NCBI GenBank assembly: GCA_049999805.1
Contig: JBNGIO010006348.1
Span: forward strand, 497,452 to 517,451
Origin: Folioceros fuciformis
Taxonomy: Eukaryota
DNA length: 20,000 bases
Direction of reading: 5' to 3'
Shown: positions 1-8,726 of the stretch, piece after piece
Position numbering within the stretch: the first letter of the stretch is position 1
Layout of the letters: each line of letters opens with the position of its first letter
The notes under the pieces: model-generated
The model's input: the letters and a program-made list of their open reading frames with translations, nothing else
The model's database searches: none
Told to the model about the DNA's origin: nothing
Translations under genes and position numbers: made by a program

Positions 1-280
1 TATGTCCTCAAACCCTTCTTTAGCCTTTTTCTCCAGTCATATGGCATAGCACCACCCTCCAAAAATGTCGTCCAATGGAGGTTGAGGGTTTGAGAAGGTC
101 AACAACTATTACTGCGCAAATTTAAACACTTTTGATTTATGAGGAAAGCAAACTTAGATATAAGATGCACCTGAAACATGATTTCCAAATCAACTTTTTT
201 TGTTGTGCACTACAGTACCAAGGCACGCACAAGTGCACGCCCACCTACTTACATGCATGCAGCCTATCTAGCCAAAGGTC

Positions 281-3200
281 TTATCTTGCAAATTGCGGAG
301 ATTCTAGCCTTTCAATCACAAGGATAATAATGTCGTCCCTTGTCTGTGGTTGGTTTACCATTGGATTTGGCTCTTTAGGTTTGTCTGTGCGTAGGAGAAT
401 GTGTTTCAAGATGATCTTGGTCCGATGTTTCATCATCGCGGTGTCACTCTTGGCCCTTTGCACTTTCAGGTTCTTCTTGGTTGGAGATCTCTTTTCCTTT
501 CCCCTTTGCCTTTTTTTTTGCATGCCCTTGTGTTTGACTGAGTTTAAGGAGGTCCATAGGAGCAGTCTTCCCATGCACCATTTGCAAAGTTTTTACAAAC
601 CTCTCACTTGCAATTTCTTGAGCAAAGAGTAGGGAATGCCCTCAATTATGGGGCTTCGTTGTCAACTCCTCCTCATCGGATGAGAAAACATCATGGCTCG
701 TTATTCTTTGCTCAATGAAGATGGTATGGCATTGCTCATGGTCAACGACAATACAATTTTGCCTCTCTAGGAGGGCTGCAAGAACCTCATTACCACTGCC
801 TTAATATCCATCTCTAATCCATTCACCTCAGTCACTAAATAGTCCACAAAGAAGCACAATTAATCCCAGTGGCTTTTAATACGGAGTGACAACTCATTCG
901 TCATTCAACACTTTCAGAAGTTTTTTTTGACAACGGCGTTATGCTTGATGATCCCTAGCATCGCTCCAATTTCTTTTACTGTGCTGTTGTAGAGGGCATT
1001 GCTTCTCTGCATATCTTCGTTCATTGGATGAACCCTATACCTTACTGTCATGAACTTGCAGTTCTCATATAGCCCATTCTCAACGCCGACATTGTTCTTC
1101 TCTTACACCATGGTGTACACGCCTCTCATTGGACACCGTTTCCGCAACCCCTCTCAAACACCAATCATCTAGTTTGGGCTGTGCATGCATCCTACTTGAA
1201 AGGTTTGACAATTGGTGGCTTTAAAAAACCCTCCATTATCTTCTCCATGTCTTTGGTAGGAAGCTTCTATTTTCCGCATAGTTTCCCCTTGGAAAATCAA
1301 GTAGCTTGTACTCCCATTTGCTAAGGTAGGCTATGCCATCTCATGCAAATCACCAATAATCACTTGGTGCTTCACCTTTTGTTGGTTGCTTGGGACTTGG
1401 AATGTTAATAGCTTTCATCATTGTCCTCCTTCACTCGTTCCCGCTAACAAAAGGCCTTTCACTCGCTTCCAGTTAGTTGCTGCATTTATGTGTTCTTTGA
1501 AGCTATCAAGAATTACCTTCTCCTTGTATTCCTCGGCCTGTCTCAACAAATAGAAGTGTGACTTGTAGGGGCTAGGAACAAAACTGGTGCACCCAAGCGC
1601 ATGCCGCTCACTCACAACAATAGCTTTTAGTGAGATCACTTACAATATGGTTGCATATTGACTGGAATTTGGCTATGTCTTCATGACTCGAGTGCTTTGG
1701 GTATTCCAGCTCCACTTCCACAAACGAGGTGCAGTGCAAACCGGAACAAAAGGCGGTTTATATGACATTCAACTTCTTTGCTCTTATGATCCATGTCTTC
1801 ATGCCGCTCACCTTGAGTTCTCCTTGGATGACTTTCTCTAGCACAAACATCATAATGCGGTCTCCTACTTCTCCAGGTTGCATGCCTTGGAAGACCCCCC
1901 ATACTATCACATGCATAGGTTTTATAATCAGGTTTGGGTCTCTCACAACAGGCTCCACATCTACGTTCCCTCTTCTTGATTTGGCCCATTTGGTGGCCTT
2001 CTTCCTATTCCCTTGCTCGGGGAGTTTGCCCCGCTCCTATAAGCTGAATACTTTGTCAATCTTTTCACATACGGGAGGAGGCACACTTGCAATACAAAGC
2101 ATTGTTGTCTTCTAATCCACAAGGTGTTGCTTTTCATATGTATCCCTTGCGTCCCCGATTGCGTCCCCGATTACTCTGAGCATTTGGTACAAATTATACT
2201 TCCACATCATTGTTACAAGCGTCTCTTGTTCATTTGCAATTTTCAGCTCGTTGTAGATATGCCGAACTTGTTTGATGAATGACATTTTTTTTCGGAAGTC
2301 TACCTTTACGTTGTGGTCTGTCGTTAAGTATCATTTCCCTTTAGGTTAGTTTTGCGTGTGTATCGGCCTCCATGTATTGGTAGTGAGAGTTCTCTAGGTC
2401 CTCTGCATATAGTCGCTAGAACGCATAGAAGCTATGGTTACCATCGAGTACTCCTATTGTATACTTTTGCTTTTTGAGCTCCTTACAGTTGAAGTTAGTA
2501 ACTGATGGGCACTCTTTTGGGTTAATCTTGCACAAGAAAGGCAAGACATTTTTCTACACATGCCCTTTCTTGATCTCCCGCAGTAGATGTTTTCCCCACA
2601 ACTCATCAATAAGGTGTATTTGAGCATATTTAGTCAGGTAGTCTGCTGACCGAAGCATGTTGATGGTGACTATGTCCATATGTGGAATACAACGTTTCCG
2701 ATGAGTTGATTCCCAAACTAGGTTGATAGGATCATTATGTTGCAATGCCCTACCAACCCTACTGTTATTCGTGAGGACTACCTTCGTAATCACTCTTCTA
2801 GTCGGAGCCTCTTTTTTCTGCTGTAGTACTCTTTTTCTTTCCTCCAACCTTATCCTTCTCTTTGCTCTTCCGCTGTATTGACAGATTCGCAACTATCACT
2901 TTGGAGGGCATTGTCGTCTCCCGATGCCGCTCCAAATTCTTCTTCATTCAGCACCCTTGCTTCCTAGGCTTGGTTGGCCCTTTTCCCCAAAACATTTAAA
3001 CTATGGAGCAAGTTGTCGGCAGTCACCTTCTTGTAGATATTGGATGATCACTTTGATCCTCCTTCGCTAACCATTTCTTGAAAGACATTGTCAACTGCGA
3101 TGGGAGCTTCTTTAGGCTCCTATGACTCTTTCACTTCACCATCTTTTGCCATGTCTTTGCTGTTTGCATTGTCGTAAAGAACTTCATCTCTTCCCATGAG

Positions 3201-3366
3201 ATACCCTTCGTCTCAATTTGCATCAAAGAATGAGCATGAGCATCTCCTCTGCCCATAGTTGACAATGGTTCTCGTGAGGTGGTTACGAATTAACTACGCC
3301 AGAAAATTGCACTAAATTGTCGTTATGCGATCTTCGACCTTCTGCTTGTTCAGCCATTTTCGTCAT
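281..3366 (-). pseudogene. Decayed ParB/Srx-like domain + beta-class N4C/N6A DNA methyltransferase (N6_N4_Mtase-like) fusion gene
   Basis: Manual minus-strand translation across stops and frameshifts. ATG at 3366 (MTKMAEQAEG), then an acidic N-terminus. ParB-like 'YTIGVLDGNHSFYAF*RLY' (DGNHS at 2445-2431) and 'DHNVKVDFRKKMSFIKQVR' (~2318-2277). Helical linker 'WGVFQGM..VLEKVIQGELKVSGMKTWIIRAKKLNVI*TAF..EYPKH'. MTase N-part 'HQVIIGD' (1369-1349) and 'EYKLLDFPRG' (1313-1284, DPPY-position motif). MTase C-part 'VVTPY*KPLGLIVLLCGLFSD*GEWIRDGY*GSGNEVLAALLERQNCIVVDHE' (~890-735), matching the recalled HPTQKP..GDxVLDPFxGSG..AA..RxxIGxE consensus. The same frame continues into a basic tail 'KKKAKGKGKE'. 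Confidence 0.8.
2147..2172. repeat. 12-bp tandem duplication (TTGCGTCCCCGA x2), frame-preserving (IGDA-IGDA) in the pseudogene
   Basis: Read directly: 2147-2158 and 2159-2170 are identical, followed by TT. Confidence 0.9.
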
Positions 3367-3621
3367 GACAAGCTCAACAACAATCTCTTTACGAATGAAA
3401 GAGAGAGTTGTCTCATATGTTTGCAGGATAATCAACACCAATGATTAGCAGACTTGCGTTGCTATGAAGACATCAGAATGCTGAACAAGACGTGCCAGGG
3501 TCCCCAGATGGGCCTGTTGCGCCCAAGTGCGCGCTAGGGGGTCCTAGCATGCCCAAGTGTATGCCAGGGGCTCCCATAGGGTCCCGGTAGAACCCATTGG
3601 GATGAAAATGGGACTATCCCA

Positions 3622-3631
3622 CTTTATATAG
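3622..3631 (-). promoter_or_regulatory. Candidate TATA box (CTATATAAAG on minus strand) for the ParB-MTase gene
   Basis: Lies ~260 bp upstream of ATG 3366 on the same strand, with a GC-rich repetitive putative leader (3490-3600) between. Confidence 0.4.
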
Positions 3632-4056
3632 TGTATGACCCACATTTCTCGGTGCTTGAAGTGGAGGGTCATGACTTTATTGCAGACACTCAGAAGCAAC
3701 CCTTGAATGATATAGATGTTGTTATAGATTTGAAGGCAAACCCAGAAGACCCCATTTTTGTTTTGAACAATATTGTTCACTTATTCCTAAACACTTTTGT
3801 AATAAATCAAGTGTAATAGCTGCATTTAAAAAAAAAGAAAAAGAGAGTTATCAATTCAAATAGAATCCACTTGAATAATGTGTGTTTGGTTTTATGTGTA
3901 CGTAATGCTAGTGTGCCGGTATACTAGTACACTACCAAATAACATCCCCCAAATAAACCCTAGCATTTTGTTCATTGGACAAAGATTAAATGACAACCCC
4001 TCGTTTTTAATGAAAATCAACATGCAACAATTTAATAAAGGCATGTTTACAATGAC

Positions 4057-4190
4057 CTTTTTTAAAAATTTTGATAAAGTCCTACTACCTAGTATAGATT
4101 AGGTTGTTTGCTGAATGTCCACTGTGATCTTTTTTTTTTAAATTTTGATAAAGTACACATAGTTGGTAAGTTGTTTGTTGGATATAGCCC
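4057..4190. repeat. Imperfect ~73-bp tandem duplication in AT-rich spacer
   Basis: 'TTTTT..AAATTTTGATAAAGT' at ~4058-4080 and ~4131-4154, each followed by a 'GTTGTTTG(C/T)TG' element. Confidence 0.6.
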
Positions 4191-4294
4191 AAGAAGACCA
4201 CAATAATATATAGTGTTATAATGTAGATCTAAGGCCTCTCAATAGCTATAGGTTTTACAATAAAGGCCAACAAGCGTAGTAACCTTTAACCTTA

Positions 4295-5219
4295 GCATCT
4301 ATTATTCCTATCATTGTCATGAGCTTGTCAAACCAATGCACCAAACTCCTCATTGTCCTCACTCCAGGCATGTGCTATCCACAGCTTGAGGGCTCCATCT
4401 CCTACCTTCAATTGTCCCCACGTCCTCGCATAGTCTACAAATGTGCAGGAATGATCCTAGCTTAAAGATGCCTCAATGTCGAATGCCATCAAGGATAGCA
4501 AATAGAACCCCTTCCCTTTGATTGGAACATTGGTGGTCGTTGAAGGAGTTGTTGTGAACAACAGTCGAGTCTTGTCCTTGAAGAAATTCACATCGTCAAC
4601 CTTTTGTTTCACAAATGTCATCAACTCAACCCATCTGATTCCCGTTGATGTCAGCATCTCTTTCAAAGCATTCTAAGGACTCGTCCATAGAAGGCACCTC
4701 CGGAGGTCTCACAACAGCCCAACTCCCAAACATACAAATGCACTTCCCAAGTCCATTTCTGGTATTCAGCTTCCTCTTGAAGTGAAACTTTAAGATCCCA
4801 GCAATGTGGTCATGCCAGTTGGAGTCCAATTGCCATTTTTCTTCCACATTGTAGTACATTTTGCTCCACCTCAACAATGAATTTTTGTGCATCCAAAAAA
4901 GCTGCCCAAAACATTTTCTCAGTCAACATTTCGAAGAGAAGCACAATCACCCTCTTTGGCTATATTTCCTACAGTGCTTGTACTACTTTATGCATGAACA
5001 ACACAAGCTCCTTCCCTAGTCCCAAGCATTCCCAAGCCAAGCCTTTCATCACAAGCTGCCCAAACATAATGTAGCATTGTACTTAGTTTCTCCGCTTGGA
5101 GGACGGACCAAGGACTCCCTCCTCACAACTACTTGTGCCTCCTCATAGCTCCATGCCAAACCAAAGAGTTCCATGTTGATCTTTGGTAGATAGAATTTTC
5201 CATCTCCTTTCCAAAATAA
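4295..5219 (-). pseudogene. Second decayed ORF (~300 codons), unidentified product
   Basis: Frames stitch into protein-like sequence with in-frame stops and frameshifts: LFWKGDGKFYLPKINMELFGLAWSYEEAQVVVRR / QCYIMFGQLVMKGLAWECLGLGKELVLFMHKVVQAL*EI*PKRVIVLLFEML..FLDAQKFIVEVE / ORF 4626-4892 / ORF 4457-4666 / *DHSCTFVDYARTWGQLKVGDGALKLWIAHAWSED. Confidence 0.5.
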
Positions 5220-6300
5220 ATATGTAAAAATATTTCATGGTCGAGAAGAGAATGCCTTCAAATTACTTTAGGGATTTGTGGTGTGTATCTCACGCCTTCA
5301 TCCCTTTTCCTTGTTTGTTCCTTGGCCTGTATATTTACGTATATTACCGTTTGCCAGAGGCGTGACGATGTTGACGAGCTGCACGCGAGGTCCAGTGCCA
5401 TCGGTGCGCCGCGTACGCCACTTCATGGTGTTGTATGCAACGTATCGCACAATTCGACAAAACGACTTTAACGGCTTCCGGAGGCTCCCACCAAAGTGGC
5501 GTGACGTCTTCACTTTCCGGTGTTCCCCACATACTGGATACCACCTAGTTAGCATGACTTAGGTTTGAAGCGGCGGGAGAAAGCAAGTGGACCAGGTTCC
5601 ACCGTCCTGGGTTCCAACGGCTTTCCAACCTGCGCGTGTCAGGTGTCGCGAGCTTGCGGCCCATCCCGCGCTGTTCCGTCCGTCTTCACGACCGGCCTCG
5701 GATGTATGTCCTCCCACCGGTCGCCGACTCCCGCCTCCTGTGACATCGCCGGCCGCCTGTCGGCTGTCGGAATACGGACTCTTGAGGAATTCGATTCTCA
5801 TTCACGATCGTGATCCACCCAGACCAAACACACCGATGCGAGCACGGCTTCCCCGCTCGTCTCCACACGATCGGCCTGGAGTCCTGGAAGCTGGGTCCCT
5901 GGACGATCGTCACGACGCACGGACAGGGATCGACCTCATCGCGTGCCTGGGTGTGTGCCAGAATCACTGCTGATACCCGTCATTGCGTTACGTCGCTTTC
6001 CCGGTATAGCGGTTGCTTCTGCTCCGGGACTGTACATTCCAGCTTTGAATTGACCAACTACCGGAGAACGACGTCGCCGGCTGTAGCTGTGGCCATTATT
6101 CCCGCCCGCCAGCCAGGGGCGCAAGTCATTAAGAAGTTGGACGATCCGAGCTTCCAAGGAATTGCAGCATGCTGGTCTGAGGTCCTGACCAGGTCCCCCG
6201 TCGGGATCCGGAGACCGAGTCGGGAAAGGAATAATCCTTGTCCGGGTGCCGTCGATCCTGGTCTCGGGCTTCTGAGACCTGGGCTGTGGCCGGGAAGGCG

Positions 6301-8513
6301 ATGGCGAGGTCTGTACGCGGTCGATTCATTTGTTGGTTGGGCTTGAAGAATATGGTAGCATACCAGCGAGGCCCTGACGTCTTGGGTTGCTTTCTTGGCT
6401 TGCACAGGTGGAGCCGGAGCTTGAGCTTGAGCTCGAGCTGGGTTGTTGAAATATTGGTTGTGGGTTTGGTGTTGATTCAATTTGGTCCATCCGGGACGAC
6501 GGCTTGTGGGAATGGGACGTGCCAGGTTCGTGCGAATTTGGAAGATGGTCCGTGATTTGGTGAAAGTTTATTTTGTCGCAGGCATGCCTTCTGCAAGTCT
6601 GCGCTGTCAGCGAGAAAGTTGCAGATTGAAGCTCCAAGAAACCCATGTTCTTGCCGATGGTGTCGCAGATCTTGGATTTTTGCCTCGGAGATGCGGACTG
6701 TGCGCAAGGACTGGGATGTAAGACCTGCCTTTTGGGAGGTGATGTTCTGCCTAAATGTTTCAGAACTCGGGCTTCTTCGGCGACCGCCAAGGTATTTCTG
6801 TGCCTCGCACGTGATGTCGATACATGCAGGATGCAACCTGATTAGAGTAGCACGGTGCGATCACAGGGGAACTTTGGTCTATCGTGAGCAGAGAAAGGCA
6901 GCAGCAGTATTCTTAGAAATCAATTCTAGCTATCTGGCTAGCGATCATGTGTTGAGCAAAAACTGAGGCCGTGGCATCTTTGCAGGACGACTCCCTGCCG
7001 TTCAACAAGTACGCATGGCTTACAACCCACAATTCCTTCTCATGGACGGGCGCCCCTCTGCTGACAGGGCCCCGGGCCACTGCTCTCAACCAGGAGGATT
7101 CCATCGCAGATCAGCTCCAAGTGAGCTCCATATAACTTACTGATCTATTATCGTGAAGACGTAGTCTTGTACGCTCCTTTCTGTGGTGTTGTCAGTTTCT
7201 GGTGCGCTGGCCCTAATGCAATCCTTGCAGAACGGTGTGAGGGGCTTGATGCTGGACACCTATGATTTTCTTGGAGATATCTGGTTGTGTCATTCCTTTG
7301 GAGGTGTCTGCTATAACTTCACATCCTTCGTAAGTCACTCAATGGCTCACGCCTGGTGAATGCTTACGTATTCTCTTCACCTCGGTCATATATGCGTGAC
7401 ATCCAGAGCATTGCAAACTGGCTCAAAGATCGTGTTATACTGTGGCATGCATTTAGGAGCCCTTGCGGAACACTCTGGAGGTCATCCAATCATTCCTGGC
7501 GGCAAACCCCACTGAAATCATCACCCTTATTCTGGAGGACTACGTTCAGAGCTCCAATGGACTATCCAACTTGTTCAAGGCGACGGGGCTTGACGAATAC
7601 TGGTTCCCCGTTGCATCCATGCCTCAAGATGGAGAGGACTGGCCTACGGTCAGACAGATGGTCGCCAACAACTGGAGATTGCTTGTCTTCACCTCCGCAT
7701 CATCCAAAGAGGCTAGTGAGGGCATTCCCTTCGAGTGGAAGTATCTGGTGGAAAATCAATGTACGAACTCTAAGCTTCTCCACCTACTCTCTGCTACTGC
7801 TCTTCGGATGGCCGCATTCGTGCAGGGCCTGCTGACTAATGCTGCCCATACCTTGCAGACGGTGATGGTGGAATTGTGGATGGCCAGTGCCCCAAGCGGG
7901 ATGAATCTGCTGCCTTGGACGATAGAAGCAGATCTCTAGTTCTGGAAAACAACTTCCCGACCGAGCCGAACCTCGCCACAGCATGCGAGCAAAACTCCAA
8001 CTCTCTGATGAAGATGCTGTCCACATGCAGCGCCGCAGCGGGCAACCGCTGGGCCAACTTCCTGGCAGTAGACTTCTACAAGGTAGTACACATACACCTG
8101 CCCTCACAACCCTCCAAACTGCAGCAGTATCTACTCAATCAATCAATCCAGGTCCTTGATGCCTACAACCCATTCTTTTGTGCAGCAAAGTGAAGGAGGC
8201 GGAGCATTCAACGCGGTCGACTACCTGAACGGGCAGATCCGTTGCGGTTGCACCAACCCCGACCTCTGCCAGGTACCCGTGTAAACCTTGGCTTGTTTTG
8301 GCTTCTGATGATGAATCCTGTCCTTGAAACACTGCCACATTCTAAACACCCAATCTTCTCTGTTTCGTGCAGCCTGGATATCCCACCGGCCTGTGTTCCA
8401 ACTATACAACTTCAGTGCCACGTCTCGATTTTGGACCCTCGTCCGCTCTCGTACCTGTAGCGCTGCTGATTCCCTTCCTGCCAATCCTCACCGCGGCTAT
8501 AATCTTCCTGTAG
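6301..8513 (+). CDS. PI-PLC X domain-containing protein (At5g67130-like), predicted secreted and GPI-anchored; 8 exons, ~445 aa
   Basis: Exons 6301(or 6352)-6525, 6669-6791, 6986-7120, 7231-7329, 7457-7760, 7859-8082, 8186-8272, 8373-8513; all introns GT-AG and phase-consistent. Family motifs LPFNKYAWLTTHNSF, NQEDSIADQLQNGVRGLMLDTYDF..IWLCHSFGG, EIITLILEDYV, WPTVRQMV..N.RLLVFTS, ENQYGDGG, GNRWANFLAVDFYK. Hydrophobic N-terminal segment, Cys-rich exon 2 and hydrophobic C-tail (SSALVPVALLIPFLPILTAAIIFL*). Confidence 0.93.
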
Positions 8514-8726
8514 CATCGCGAGGTAGACATGAAACTCCCCCTTCGCAATGCAGGACAACACGAAAAATGGGCATTTTCCCTTCATCTTGTTTATAAACAC
8601 CGTAAGAGCACCATGCTTTGCACATTACTTTTCCCGGCAGGTTCTTCAAGAATCTGCGATCGCAAATCTGGAGGTTCACGAGTCTCTCAAAAGAGCAAGA
8701 GCAGACACATTCGCGTCCATCCAATC

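Larger units (their letters stand above)
1..5230 (-). mobile_element. Degenerate mobile/accessory element relic carrying the MTase pseudogene and a second decayed ORF; boundaries undefined, probably extends left of the window
   Basis: Two co-oriented, stop- and frameshift-riddled minus-strand ORFs. Composition differs from the GC-richer host genes starting ~5280. No transposase, RT, TIR or TSD was identified, so the element class is inference only. Confidence 0.45.

Noticed and set aside
7-94. 10-bp perfect inverted repeat CTCAAACCCT / AGGGTTTGAG
   Set aside because: Too short, at the window edge, with no TSD or extended pairing; compatible with chance.
132-632. 166-aa plus-strand ORF with hydrophobic stretches
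   Set aside because: Antisense shadow of the purine-rich C-terminal tail of the minus-strand pseudogene; non-ATG start and no recognisable motif.
1-5230. Interpretation as a Ty3/Copia LTR retrotransposon remnant
   Set aside because: No RT (YxDD), RNase H, integrase or gag zinc-knuckle motifs and no LTR pair in the frames I read; the recognisable motifs are ParB-like and MTase.
5278-6346. Cluster of overlapping 60-180 aa ORFs on both strands
   Set aside because: Expected in GC-rich promoter/UTR sequence; Arg/Pro-rich translations with no domains, and many starts are non-ATG.
8529-8726. 66-aa N-terminal extension of L2HGDH given by the ORF track
   Set aside because: Starts 15 nt after the upstream gene's stop and does not resemble a transit peptide; ATG 8727 has the better context. 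Kept only as a note in the dicistronic finding.
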